Part shown: piece by piece, positions 19,206 to 29,332 of the stretch
Layout: each line of letters begins with the position of its first letter
How positions within the stretch are numbered: position 1 is the first letter of the stretch
Assembly: GCA_030611415.1 (NCBI GenBank)
Contig: JAUWPW010000002.1
Span: 19,761 to 83,760 of the forward strand
Length of the DNA stretch: 64,000 nt
Direction: 5' to 3'
Source of the DNA: Candidatus Bipolaricaulota bacterium
GTDB lineage: Bacteria > Bipolaricaulota > Bipolaricaulia > UBA7950 > UBA9294
Program-made: the position numbers and the translations under genes
Notes under the pieces: generated by a model
Databases searched by the model: none
Told to the model about the DNA's origin: nothing
The model's input: only the letters and a program-made list of their open reading frames with translations

Positions 19206-20890
19206 TTGGTACCCCTTTTTCCTAATCGGTCAATTGCCAGAAATGCAACGGCAGTGACCACAATAAGGATCATTCCCATGGCACTCGCTGCCCCAAATTG
19301 CCGTGCTGATAGGAGGCTATATACAGCAACGGGCATCGTACCAAGGCCAGGCCGCATGAGCATAATAGTTGCAGTCATCTCTCCAATACTGAGAGCAAAA
19401 GCAAATACTGCTGCCGCAAGCATTCCTGGGCCAATGAGCGGGAGTATCACCTCGAAGAATGCACGGTTTCGTGAGGCACCAAGTGACCTTGCTGCTTCTA
19501 CTAGTGACGGGTCGAGCCCCTCAAGAACAGGACGAATGACACGCACAACAAATGGGTAAGTAAGGATAGCATGTGCTAACGCGATTACGATCAGCGTTCC
19601 ACTAAGATGTAGTGGTGCCCCACCTAAGCCATACAAAACGGCAAACCCAATTGCCACTGATGAAACAGCAAGTGGAGCCATCAGGATGGCTTCTATTAAG
19701 CGACGACCAGGCAGGCGGCTGCGAACAGCAAACATTGCGATGAGTGTCCCCACCGGTAGAGAGATCGCAGTTGAGATTCCACCAATAAACAGACTGTTCA
19801 GTACAGTACGCAACGGAGAGACTCCTAGGAAAGGATTGTAGCTAAGCGCAAATATCTGCCGATAGCTTTCACAAGACCAGCGGCCAGCAACCCGCAAAGA
19901 ATCAACAAGAACAGAACTAATTGGTCCAAGAAAGAAAACACTGATAATAACGATGTATACTACAATAAGCACTCTCCCTATGCTCGCTTTCCGAACGAAT
20001 AATGGATATACCGCCAGTCTCCGCGAGCCCTGAGTCAGTACGGCAAAGCCCCCTTCTGCCTTTAGGTAAAGATAGGTGAAGCTTAACGAAAGAGCAGTCT
20101 CAACAAGGATAAGTGCCGAGCCCAATCTGTAGTCGAGCAGGGTACGAACTAGGGTGTAGATTCCCACCTCAATCGTGGCGTAACGTGCCCCGCCCAAAGT
20201 AAGCACGATGGGAAAGGAAAGAAAGCTGAAGATGAACACAAGAGCAGCGCTGCTTAACAGAGCCGGGGCAAGGAGCGGGAGGGTAATCCCAACAAAACGT
20301 CGTATCCCTCCAGCACCAAGAGATGATGCGGCCTCGTCAATCTCGGGATCGATTCCTTCCCAGGCAGCATTTACCACTCGTGTAACAATGGGAGCGTTGT
20401 AGAACGCATGGGCAAGAACGATGCCTGTTAGGGAGTACAAAATGTGAAGCGGTGGACTTGACAAATGAAACAACGACATCAGCCACTGGTTTACCCAACC
20501 ACTGTTTCCGAAAAACAGAATGAATCCCAAGGCAACAACAATAGCAGGTAGAACAAATGGGACGACAGTTAAGGAGCGAATCGCCGTTTTGCCAGGAAAG
20601 CTGTAGCGAGTAAGAAGGTACGCGCCAGGAAGCCCAATTCCTAAACTAAGTAAGGTACTCATAATGGCTTGTTTAAGAGAAAAAACGATTATGTGCAGGT
20701 AATAACCATCAGTTAATATGGTCCCCAAGGGGGAGAAGCTCCACTTCCCCCCCTCGGTCAATCCTCGCTGCAAGACACGAAACAATGGGTGATAGAAAAC
20801 CAATCCCAGAAAGGCAAGTAATCCAACAAAGAGGATAAACCCACCCTTTTTCACTTGGTCACGATCGCCCGCTCCCAGTCGTGCAGCCAC
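19190..20890 (-). CDS. ABC transporter permease, duplicated-domain type (ThiP/FbpB-like)
   Basis: 566 aa with two tandem permease modules. Confidence 0.8.
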   Translation of the reverse strand: MAARLGAGDRDQVKKGGFILFVGLLAFLGLVFYHPLFRVLQRGLTEGGKWSFSPLGTILTDGYYLHIIVFSLKQAIMSTLLSLGIGLPGAYLLTRYSFPGKTAIRSLTVVPFVLPAIVVALGFILFFGNSGWVNQWLMSLFHLSSPPLHILYSLTGIVLAHAFYNAPIVTRVVNAAWEGIDPEIDEAASSLGAGGIRRFVGITLPLLAPALLSSAALVFIFSFLSFPIVLTLGGARYATIEVGIYTLVRTLLDYRLGSALILVETALSLSFTYLYLKAEGGFAVLTQGSRRLAVYPLFVRKASIGRVLIVVYIVIISVFFLGPISSVLVDSLRVAGRWSCESYRQIFALSYNPFLGVSPLRTVLNSLFIGGISTAISLPVGTLIAMFAVRSRLPGRRLIEAILMAPLAVSSVAIGFAVLYGLGGAPLHLSGTLIVIALAHAILTYPFVVRVIRPVLEGLDPSLVEAARSLGASRNRAFFEVILPLIGPGMLAAAVFAFALSIGEMTATIMLMRPGLGTMPVAVYSLLSARQFGAASAMGMILIVVTAVAFLAIDRLGKRGTKCQSL

Positions 20891-21924
20891 CTCTCCATCC
20901 GCTCTCCTACCAAGTCAAGTGGAAGCATCAACGGGTCCTCAGGAATAACGAGGTATTCATCGTACTCTGGAGGAAGCTTTGCGTGTGAATTGGCAGGAAT
21001 CATGATCTCTGTCCCAGGAAGTTGCTCCTGAATCTCTATAGATAAGAGCAAATCAATGAATGCCTTTGCCAGTTCAGGCTTGGTTGTTTCTTTGACGATT
21101 CCTATACCGTATACTGTGCGGTATCCTTGGCCTCCTGGAGCAAAGGCGCGGTAGCGAATTGAATCTTCGTACATCGCCCCGTAAGCAGTGTCCGAGGAAA
21201 AACTTACAATAAGTGGCGCTTCTCCATGGCTAAGCATAGCCCATGCCTCGCTCCAGCCACTTGTAATAGTAAGAATTGTTGGATCGATCGCTTGCCAAAA
21301 GTCAAGATACCCCTCCTCGCCAAACCGAGCGATCGTCCACAATAAGAACGAGAATCCAGTAGATGAGGTACGTGGGTCCTCACAGACAAGCATCCGCGCG
21401 TAGCGGGGATCGCTCAACTGGTCAAGTGATCGAGGAAGCTCGTCCTCGGTTAAGACCTGCGAGTCATAGGTAAGAGTGATATACCCGTATTCATAAGGAA
21501 CAAATCCCCCACCAGGATCAAGGAGAAGTTCCTCGGGAACAAGTGCAAGATTGGGAATATCCTCCTTGGTTACAGGGAGAAACAGGTCATAGTTCATAAT
21601 CCGCGGGACCTCGTTCACCTCCGCCATGAACAGATCTGCCTTCGTCCCCGAAGCGTCACGCTCGGCAAGAAGACGAGAGAGTGTTGTCTTAGCTCCTCCG
21701 GCGGCTATAAATTGCAGATCACAGTCATGCTGCGATTCAAATACCTCCTCCAGGGCAGCGGCCGGACCCCACGATACGAAGCTGTCGTAGGTATAAACAA
21801 CAAGCCGTTCCTTACCCGTACCAATAACTACTGTTGCCAACAAAACAACCACAAAAAGAACCGTTAGTTTGTTGAACATTATCCACCTCCTGTTAGTGTT
21901 CATATCCTTTATCGGGAAGCTCAC
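20851..21924 (-). CDS. periplasmic substrate-binding protein (thiamine/TPP-binding, TbpA/ThiB-like)
   Basis: N-terminal signal/TM then SBP_bac_1-type fold; GTG start; sits between thiL and the permease. Confidence 0.7.
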   Translation of the reverse strand: MSFPIKDMNTNRRWIMFNKLTVLFVVVLLATVVIGTGKERLVVYTYDSFVSWGPAAALEEVFESQHDCDLQFIAAGGAKTTLSRLLAERDASGTKADLFMAEVNEVPRIMNYDLFLPVTKEDIPNLALVPEELLLDPGGGFVPYEYGYITLTYDSQVLTEDELPRSLDQLSDPRYARMLVCEDPRTSSTGFSFLLWTIARFGEEGYLDFWQAIDPTILTITSGWSEAWAMLSHGEAPLIVSFSSDTAYGAMYEDSIRYRAFAPGGQGYRTVYGIGIVKETTKPELAKAFIDLLLSIEIQEQLPGTEIMIPANSHAKLPPEYDEYLVIPEDPLMLPLDLVGERMERWLHDWERAIVTK

Positions 21925-22765
21925 AACCGTCTAGGAGAACCTCTCTCTTAATCACCCGCCCGATAACACTGCAGCAAACATGATTAGTACCACCTTTTAA
22001 CAAGTGTTGAGGAATTGTGAACAGAAGCTCGTAGTCCTCTCCACCGAAGAGGATCCTTTCTGAGCGTTCATGGGAAGGAAAAAGTTGATCCAGCTCTGAA
22101 AGAAATGGGAGTTTTCTTGCATCAATTGCAAATCCAACCCTTCCTTCTTGTGCCAATAAGTGTAACGAATGAGCAAGACCGTCAGAAATATCGATCATGC
22201 TGGTGGCAAGGCCTACGAGCTTCCTTCCCCAATAAACACGAGGAGAGAACTGGAAGAGCGCATTCGCTTGCTTAGTCTCTCCCTTTGCAAAGAGAGCGAG
22301 CGCTGCTTCGGTACGACCAAGTTCACCGGTTACACAGACAACTTCACCCGCATGCGCACCGGCTCGGCGAATCGGCTGCTTGGCTTCACCGATTCCCGTA
22401 CTTACCAGGGTCAACTCTTGATGGCGATCGATGTCTCCCCCAATAAGTGTGGTTCCTACCGACTTACAACAAGCCATCGCTCCTTCCAGCACTCCATTGA
22501 CGAATCCCTCTTCTAGCTTGGGATCACCCAAAGCGAGTAATATCCCCAACGGTTTGGCTCCCATTGCTGCCAGGTCGGAAAGGGAAACAGCAACGCTGCG
22601 CCAACCAATTGTGACCGGCGTCGCTCCAGCCGGAAAGTCACTTGTGCGATGGAGCATATCCGTAGTCAATATGAGGTGTGAATTGTGAAACGGGACGATT
22701 GCTGCGTCATCACCTGCAGCAGATACCTGACTACGAATAATCTCTAGAATCTTTGTTTCCCGCAT
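21893..22765 (-). CDS. thiL: thiamine-monophosphate kinase
   Basis: MRETKILEIIRS...AGDDAAIV N-terminus and AIRS-like fold. The ORF-track start (22828) lies inside the TPP riboswitch, so the internal ATG 22765 is chosen. Confidence 0.8.
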   Translation of the reverse strand: MRETKILEIIRSQVSAAGDDAAIVPFHNSHLILTTDMLHRTSDFPAGATPVTIGWRSVAVSLSDLAAMGAKPLGILLALGDPKLEEGFVNGVLEGAMACCKSVGTTLIGGDIDRHQELTLVSTGIGEAKQPIRRAGAHAGEVVCVTGELGRTEAALALFAKGETKQANALFQFSPRVYWGRKLVGLATSMIDISDGLAHSLHLLAQEGRVGFAIDARKLPFLSELDQLFPSHERSERILFGGEDYELLFTIPQHLLKGGTNHVCCSVIGRVIKREVLLDGCELPDKGYEH

Positions 22766-22809
22766 GAAGACCGACCCGAACCTTGGTCTTAGTTGCGTGG
22801 GATATACAA

Positions 22810-22897
22810 GATGTCCCTCCGCTGGCATTATCCAGATCAGGTTCCAAGGGTCGAGGTCTTACCTCCTCTCAGCCCAGAAATATGAGCTCCCCTGATA
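22810..22897 (-). promoter_or_regulatory. TPP (thiamine pyrophosphate) riboswitch aptamer
   Basis: Minus-strand reads cagGGGAGCucauauuucuGGGCUGAGAggagguaagaccucgACCCuugGAACCUGAUCUGGAUAAUGCCAGCGGAGGGA, the canonical THI-box core. Confidence 0.85.
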
Positions 22898-22902
22898 GAA
22901 TT

Positions 22903-22931
22903 ACTATACACCTACTAACGGCTCGAATCAA
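22903..22931 (-). promoter_or_regulatory. sigma70-like promoter for the riboswitch/thiL operon (TTGATT-17-TATAGT)
   Basis: Minus-strand -35 TTGATT (22931-22926), 17-nt spacer, -10 TATAGT (22908-22903). Predicted TSS falls at the riboswitch 5' end. Confidence 0.55.
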
Positions 22932-22949
22932 CTAACTAAGAACAAGAAG

Positions 22950-24017
22950 CTATGCGGGTATAAGGTTGGTCTCCTCATCGAGCCTTGCTACTGTATGAGC
23001 GATCAGCCTAGCGCTATTCTCAAGATCACCTGTATGTACAATCTCACATGGAGAATGCATGTAACGATTAGGAATGGAAATCAACCCCGTAGCCACACCA
23101 GCACGAGTAAGTTGGATTGCATTAGCATCGGTCCCGGTACCGCCTGGTGCACCCTCAATCTGGTAGGGGATATTCTCTTTTTGGGCTGTTTCTACAAACA
23201 ACTTAAACAAACCTGGATTGATATTCGGTCCACGAGCGATAACTGGGCCTTTTCCTATTGACAAGTCTCCAAGTTTCTTTTTCTCGGAGCTTAATCCTGG
23301 GGAATCAGTCGCATGGCAAACGTCGACAGCAATTCCCACCTGAGGGTCGATTCCAAAGGCGCTGGTCCGCGCTCCACGTAGGCCAATCTCCTCTTGCACG
23401 GTTGCTACTGCGTATACCGCGGTCTTCGGTTTCATCGCTGCCAGCAAGCGCGCCGCTTCTAGAACGACAAACGCCCCTACACGATCATCAAATCCACGTG
23501 CAACAACCAGATTGTTGCGCAACTTCGCAAACCCGTAATCAAGCACGGCAGGGTCGCCAATCTCTACGAGTGAGACTGCTTCGTCCTTGTCCTTTGCTCC
23601 GATATCTATCCATAGGTCCTCGACTTTTACTGGCTTCTTTCGCTGTTCTTCATCAAGCAGATGGATTGCTTTGCGACCAATTGCCCCAAGAATAGGTCCT
23701 TTCTTTCCTTGAATCCATACCCGTTGCCCGGGGAGGATCTGAGTATCCCAACCACCAATGCTGGCAAATGAAAGGAAACCATCTTTGTCGATGTAAGTAA
23801 TCATCAGTCCAATCTCATCGGCGTGCCCAGCCAGCATTACTCGAGGAATCCCACCCTCGTTTACAACGGCAAACGAATTACCGTGTATGTCAACCCAGGT
23901 GCGATCGGTAAACCGATCAGCCTCCGTCCGCCATACACAGGACATCTCTTCTTCAAAACCGGATGGGCAAACGGTTTCCATACATCGACGTAGAAACTCC
24001 AGCCGTTCCTCATTCAT
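22950..24017 (-). CDS. M42-family metallo-aminopeptidase (FrvX/YpdE/cellulase-M-like)
   Basis: 355 aa with M42 hallmark metal ligands (HxD...D...EE...D...H pattern). Confidence 0.8.
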   Translation of the reverse strand: MNEERLEFLRRCMETVCPSGFEEEMSCVWRTEADRFTDRTWVDIHGNSFAVVNEGGIPRVMLAGHADEIGLMITYIDKDGFLSFASIGGWDTQILPGQRVWIQGKKGPILGAIGRKAIHLLDEEQRKKPVKVEDLWIDIGAKDKDEAVSLVEIGDPAVLDYGFAKLRNNLVVARGFDDRVGAFVVLEAARLLAAMKPKTAVYAVATVQEEIGLRGARTSAFGIDPQVGIAVDVCHATDSPGLSSEKKKLGDLSIGKGPVIARGPNINPGLFKLFVETAQKENIPYQIEGAPGGTGTDANAIQLTRAGVATGLISIPNRYMHSPCEIVHTGDLENSARLIAHTVARLDEETNLIPA

Positions 24018-24094
24018 TTATCCTCCTCTGATCTGTTGCTCAAGAGTGTAACCACCTTTCGCAAAATGGTCTGAACCGACGAGACGAGCACAGC

Positions 24095-24442
24095 CTAACA
24101 GGTAAGATGCAAACAGGCAATTACATCTTCCCCTTGATCAATAAGCCTATTATATTCCTTAATCGCTGCTCCTGTCTTGAATCCGCGCAGGTTAATCCCC
24201 ATCTCATTTAGACATTTCACTACTTCCCTTGAAATATACAACCTTCCGAAAGCCCCCGTTCCCACGATGACAACCCTTGGATGAAGGGCAAGTGCCCAGG
24301 AAAGATCTTCAAGAAAGAGGCGATGTCCTTCCTTGCGCTCCCACGGTGACAGAACCTGCTCACCACAGACGATTACATCCCGCGAGTAAGTATGCCCGGC
24401 AACCTTGACACAGCCAAAGGAGTAATCAGTAATCCACGCCAT
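24095..24442 (-). CDS. Mth938-like domain protein (DUF498 family)
   Basis: 115 aa with RVVIVGTGAFGRL motif typical of Mth938-like proteins. Confidence 0.55.
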   Translation of the reverse strand: MAWITDYSFGCVKVAGHTYSRDVIVCGEQVLSPWERKEGHRLFLEDLSWALALHPRVVIVGTGAFGRLYISREVVKCLNEMGINLRGFKTGAAIKEYNRLIDQGEDVIACLHLTC

Positions 24443-24679
24443 ATTAGTATTTTACCCGCTTAACAACCCAAACCAAACAAACGCCTATACGATCTATTCT
24501 TCAAATAATCTACCCCAGTTGTCTCCAGCGATCTGCGCTTTGAGGTGGATGAGTGGGTAGATTACCGGAGCGCGGATTTGGTGTAAGGCTCATCCTATCT
24601 GCGGAGTCCCAGGGGTTGCCCTATCGTAAGATATGGAAGCTGCTGCTGCCAGGTACTTGAAAAGTGAAATTTTTCCGCT

Positions 24680-25264
24680 ATGCTAAAAGATATGAAACAC
24701 GAGGATGTAGTGGGTAAAGGGGTTCGTGCTTTGCGACAACACAAGGGATGGACGCTAGAGGAACTCTCCTCCCGTTGTCGTCTTTCGATAAGTTTCCTTT
24801 CCCAGATTGAACGGGGCCTTTCTTCTCTTTCGATCTCGTCGCTTCATTCGATCTGTGAAGCGCTGGAAGTGCCGATGACCCACTTTTTTGCTACTACTAC
24901 CGCAGAGGGGCCCCTTGTGGTGAGAGCAGGTAAACCCCGTAGCAGGCTACGGATCGAGGATTCACAGGTAACGTACAACTTCTTGTCTAGATTGACGCCC
25001 GAGCGGGTGCTCGAGGCGTTGATCGCGGAATATCCGCCTCACTACAACCCTCCGCTTGTCACGCACGAGGGCGAGGAGTTTGGCTACGTCCTTGAAGGAA
25101 AGGTTTTGCTACACGTCACCGATCAGGAAGAGATGCTCGTACCAGGCGATAGTTTCCACATCATTTCCTCACAGCTGCACACGGTTCAAAACACGTCGGA
25201 TAAGCCGGCAAGGATCTTGTGGGTACTCACAATGAAACTCTTAGAAAGAGGAGGACATCTGTAA
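24680..25264 (+). CDS. XRE-family HTH + C-terminal cupin transcriptional regulator
   Basis: N-terminal HTH_3 (LRQHKGWTLEELSSRCRLSISFLSQIERG) and C-terminal cupin (GEEFGYVLEGKVLL). First gene of the plus-strand supercluster; TAATG overlap with hyuA. Confidence 0.75.
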   Translation: MLKDMKHEDVVGKGVRALRQHKGWTLEELSSRCRLSISFLSQIERGLSSLSISSLHSICEALEVPMTHFFATTTAEGPLVVRAGKPRSRLRIEDSQVTYNFLSRLTPERVLEALIAEYPPHYNPPLVTHEGEEFGYVLEGKVLLHVTDQEEMLVPGDSFHIISSQLHTVQNTSDKPARILWVLTMKLLERGGHL

Positions 25265-27324
25265 TGGCAAAACGGGTAGCCATCGATATTGGCGGAACGT
25301 TTACCGATCTTGTTGCCATGGATGAGGTAACGGGTGAGGTCGTTTTGGAGAAGGATCTCACCACGCCAGAGAACTTCGCCAAGGGTGTTACTCATACCAT
25401 GCGAAAAAGCAAAATTGACCCAAAGGAGATTTCTCAATTTGTACATGGCACTACAGTAGTGGTAAACGCCTTGACCGAGCGAACGGGAGCGAAAACAGCT
25501 CTCGTTACCACGCATGGCTTTCGTGATGTTCTTGAAATTCAGCGAGCGAATAGGACAGACATGTACAATCTTTTCTATCAAAAACCTAAGCCATTTGTTC
25601 CACGCAGGTTTCGATTCGAGGTGCGAGAACGGCTCAATTACCGGGGTGAAGTACTGCAAGCGCTAGTAGAAGAAGATGTGGTTGCAGCAGTAAATGAATG
25701 CAAGAAGGCCGGCATAAGGGCAATAGCTGTTTGTTATATTCATGCATACGCCAATAATGAACACGAACAAAGAACACGAGAGATCATAAAGAAGATGTAT
25801 CCTGAGGCATCTGTAACTGTGTCGCATGAGATAACTCAGGAGTGGCGGGAATACGAGCGCACCAATACAACAGTATTTAACGCCTACGTTCAACCATCAT
25901 CACAGCTGTACCTCTCTACTTTAGATGAGGAGCTCTCTACGATGGGAGTAGTAAGTACAAGATACGCCATGCAGTCGAATGGAGGAACAGCAACCTTCCT
26001 ACAGGCCAAACAGGTTCCTATCCACTTGGTCGAATCAGGACCGGTTGGTGGAGTGATCGGGGCAAGTATTATTGCTGAAGTAGTAGACGCAAAGAGCGTT
26101 ATCTCATTTGATATGGGAGGGACCACTGCCAAGGTGAGCCTCATAGATAATGGACAATTGAAGATCAATACTTCCTATAATTTGGAGAAAACGGCTACGT
26201 CAGCAGGGTATCCGGTAAAGATCCCTGTGCTTGACATCGTCGAAGTAGGAGCAGGGGGCGGTTCAATCGCATGGATTGATCACGGGAATGCGTTGCATGT
26301 GGGACCGCGAAGTGCAGGTGCTGATCCCGGACCAGCGTGTTATAACCTTGGTGGGACCCAACCCACCGTTACCGACGCAAACCTTGTCACAGGCCGATTG
26401 AGCCCAGATTACTTTCTTGGCGGACAGATGAAACTGGACGTTGATCGTGCCAAACAAGCGGTTCAGAAGATTGCCAAGCCGTTTGGAATATCGGTGCTGG
26501 AAGCTGCTTTAGGGATTATCAGGCTTGCTAATGCTAACATGCAGGCGGCGTTGGAACGGGTGAGCATCGAGCGGGGATACGACCCACGGGAATTTGCTCT
26601 TGTCGCTTCGGGCGGTGCAGGTGCCCTGCATGGGGCAACACTCGCCCGGGATCTACATATGCGCAAGGTGATCGTTCCGCGTGCCCCGGGTCAGTTCTCC
26701 GCTTGGGGAATGCTGATGACCAACCTGCGTCACGACTTAATCCGGACTCGGTTAATGTCTTGTAACATCTCTACGTTGCCAGAGATCGCTCAATCTTTCT
26801 CTAAATTGGAAGAAGAGACTCGAGAGACATTCCGCCAGGAGAGATTTCCCTTGGAGCGAGTGTGGTTGGAGCGCTTCTTGGATCTTCGTTATGAGGGCCA
26901 AGAGCATACAGTGCGTACCCCAGTATATGAAGAAGACCTGCACGACAAAGATGGTTTTGCAGCTCTGATTGACAAGTTCCATGAGCTGCACGAACAGGCA
27001 TACTCGTTCCGCCAAGATGACCCAGTGGAGATTGTGAACTTCCACATGGTAGGCTGGGGGAAGGTGGACAAACCCTCCTTTAAACCATTAGATGAACAAG
27101 GGCGAGACTTCGACGGTGCGTTCAAGGGAGAAAGACCGCTACACTTCGAGGGGATAGGCACAGTACAAAGCAAGGTCTACGAAAGGGATTTGCTCCCACC
27201 CTTCTGTGTCATTGATGGCCCAGCTGTAGTTGAGGAAGCAGCGTGTACAACCATCGTCTGTCCGAAGCAACGCCTGACAGTGGACCGCTTCGGAAACCTG
27301 GTCATTACGGAGGTGACAAAGTGA
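25264..27324 (+). CDS. hyuA: hydantoinase/oxoprolinase family protein, A subunit (HyuA / N-methylhydantoinase A-like)
   Basis: About 686 aa; N-terminal VAIDIGGTFTDLV motif and full Hydantoinase_A architecture. Confidence 0.85.
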   Translation: MAKRVAIDIGGTFTDLVAMDEVTGEVVLEKDLTTPENFAKGVTHTMRKSKIDPKEISQFVHGTTVVVNALTERTGAKTALVTTHGFRDVLEIQRANRTDMYNLFYQKPKPFVPRRFRFEVRERLNYRGEVLQALVEEDVVAAVNECKKAGIRAIAVCYIHAYANNEHEQRTREIIKKMYPEASVTVSHEITQEWREYERTNTTVFNAYVQPSSQLYLSTLDEELSTMGVVSTRYAMQSNGGTATFLQAKQVPIHLVESGPVGGVIGASIIAEVVDAKSVISFDMGGTTAKVSLIDNGQLKINTSYNLEKTATSAGYPVKIPVLDIVEVGAGGGSIAWIDHGNALHVGPRSAGADPGPACYNLGGTQPTVTDANLVTGRLSPDYFLGGQMKLDVDRAKQAVQKIAKPFGISVLEAALGIIRLANANMQAALERVSIERGYDPREFALVASGGAGALHGATLARDLHMRKVIVPRAPGQFSAWGMLMTNLRHDLIRTRLMSCNISTLPEIAQSFSKLEEETRETFRQERFPLERVWLERFLDLRYEGQEHTVRTPVYEEDLHDKDGFAALIDKFHELHEQAYSFRQDDPVEIVNFHMVGWGKVDKPSFKPLDEQGRDFDGAFKGERPLHFEGIGTVQSKVYERDLLPPFCVIDGPAVVEEAACTTIVCPKQRLTVDRFGNLVITEVTK

Positions 27325-29054
27325 GAAAAAAAAGCGCTATTGACCCCTTTACAGTGGAAGTGATCAAGAGAGCGTTAATCTCTGCCGCAGAACAGATGTT
27401 TGTTGCTTTCGGCCGTACGAGCAAGAGCTCAGTCATCTACGAGGTGCTCGACTATGGTTGTGCAGTTACCGATGCGCGTGCACGCATGATTGCCCAAGCG
27501 AACGGGATACCTCCGTTCATTGGCGTACTTGGCGATGCAGTCAAAGAAGTGCTCGACAAGTTCGGCTTAGATGAGCTTGACGAAGGAGACGTAATCATCC
27601 TAAACGACCCCTACATGGGTGGAGCTACCCATCAGAATGATGTGGTATTGCTGATGCCTGTTTTCTACGAGGGGCACCCAGTCATGTTTGCGGCAAGTAA
27701 AGGTCACTGGAACGATATTGGTGGAAAGGATCCTGGCAGCTGGTCTCCCAATGCAACCGAGATTTACCAAGAGGGACTACAGTTTCCAGCTGTCAAACTA
27801 TTTGAGGGCGGCAAGGAAGTTCAGGGGATTGTGGACATCTTGACGCGCAACATCCGAATTCCAGAGATGATCCTGGGAGATATGCGGGCGCAGGCAGCCT
27901 CGTTGCAGGTTGCGGGGAACCGCATCACTCAGATTTGCGACAAGTACGGACTCGATACGGTCCTTGAGTCGATCGAGATCTATCTGGAACAGGGTAGACA
28001 AGAAGCGCTTGAGGAGCTGAAGTCTTTGCCCAAAGGGGAATTCATCGCAGAGGAATACATTGATGATGATGGACTGGGTGGCGATCCGGTGCTGGTCAAA
28101 GTGAAGGTAACAATCACTGATGACGAGTTTGTGGTCGATTACACCGGAACAGGGAAGACATGCCGTGGCCCGATCAACGCTCCCTTATCGGCATTAATCA
28201 GTACAGCGAAATTCGCCTACAAGGCTGTGGTTAGTCCGCACGGCTCCTCAAATGAAGGTTTGTTTGCCCCGTTGAAGGTGATCGTTCCCGAAGACACGGT
28301 CTTCAACCCTAAGCGTCCCGCTCCAGTCAGCACATATTGGGAATCGGATAGTTACGCAGGAGACGTAGTCTGGAAGGCGTTGGCTGATGCAATTCCGGAA
28401 CGGATTACAGCCGGACACTTTCTAAGCGTCTGTGGTACCACGGTAAGCGGTATTGATGATGAGTCAGGCGAATGGTTCTTCTCTGTTGAACCAAACGCTG
28501 GTGGTTGGGGGGCAGGCAAGGGCAAAGATGGAGAGAACGGTCTTGTTTGTTCCGGAGACGGCGAGACATACGTTCTATCGGTGGAAGTTGCAGAAACTCG
28601 ATATCCATTCATTGTTGACCAATTCTGTCTAAGTATAGCTAACGGCGGACACGGTAAATGGCGTGGTGGATATGGGCTAGTGAAGGACTATCGTATCACG
28701 AACTCCAAGACCTTTGTGACCGCAAGTTTCGGGCGGAACAAGTTCCCTCCGTGGGGACTCGCCAAGGGGATGCCCGGCACTCCGAACTCGGTCGAGGTTC
28801 GAACTGCAGCTGGCAACGTGGAACAGCGAGGACGCTTCTCCAAGGAAGAACTAGCGACCGGGGACGTGGTCCGGTTTATCACTGGTATGGGAGGTGGGTA
28901 CGGAGATCCCATGAAACGCGATCCTCAAGCCGTGCTCGATGACGTCCTCGATGGTTATATCACGCCCCAGATAGCTCGAAAGGTGTATGGAGTTGCTGTT
29001 GTTGGCGATCCAGTGGGGATCGATGAGGTCAAGACAAATCAACTAAGGGAGTGA
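27321..29054 (+). CDS. hyuB: hydantoinase B / oxoprolinase family protein (HyuB / N-methylhydantoinase B-like)
   Basis: About 577 aa; GTG start after GGAGGTG, GTGA overlap with hyuA; DPFTVEVIKRAL N-terminus typical of HyuB. Confidence 0.85.
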   Translation: MRKKSAIDPFTVEVIKRALISAAEQMFVAFGRTSKSSVIYEVLDYGCAVTDARARMIAQANGIPPFIGVLGDAVKEVLDKFGLDELDEGDVIILNDPYMGGATHQNDVVLLMPVFYEGHPVMFAASKGHWNDIGGKDPGSWSPNATEIYQEGLQFPAVKLFEGGKEVQGIVDILTRNIRIPEMILGDMRAQAASLQVAGNRITQICDKYGLDTVLESIEIYLEQGRQEALEELKSLPKGEFIAEEYIDDDGLGGDPVLVKVKVTITDDEFVVDYTGTGKTCRGPINAPLSALISTAKFAYKAVVSPHGSSNEGLFAPLKVIVPEDTVFNPKRPAPVSTYWESDSYAGDVVWKALADAIPERITAGHFLSVCGTTVSGIDDESGEWFFSVEPNAGGWGAGKGKDGENGLVCSGDGETYVLSVEVAETRYPFIVDQFCLSIANGGHGKWRGGYGLVKDYRITNSKTFVTASFGRNKFPPWGLAKGMPGTPNSVEVRTAAGNVEQRGRFSKEELATGDVVRFITGMGGGYGDPMKRDPQAVLDDVLDGYITPQIARKVYGVAVVGDPVGIDEVKTNQLRE

Positions 29055-29332
29055 ATGCTGCGGAGCGCTTTCGATTGATAGACACTACGAGTTGACTGAT
29101 CTCGATTGTAGAAGAGGAGAAAATATAGAGTGGCCGACTTGAAACGATACGAAAGAAAATTGACACCGGTAAGTACTCTATGATGGGCGATACCGCGCAG
29201 TTCGAGTCGTTCTCTGACTCTCTTGTCGATAGTGTTGTCGATCATGTAGGCTTTCAGGAGAGGAGGTGATCAGAAAAAGGAAAGGCAAGAAGTTGAAGGA
29301 AAACGTTTACTTTCTTTCTTAAGGAGGCTAAC

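Noticed and set aside
22766-22828. ORF-track N-terminus of thiL (MPAEGHLVYPTQLRPRFGSVF)
   Set aside because: These codons are the 3' half of the TPP riboswitch aptamer; the true start is the internal ATG at 22765.
25186-25659. 157-aa minus-strand ORF overlapping the regulator/hyuA junction
   Set aside because: Antisense to two conserved genes; no support.
29039-29245. 68-aa minus-strand ORF in the hyuB-SBP intergenic region
   Set aside because: No RBS, no homology; region is better explained as promoter/leader of the ABC operon.
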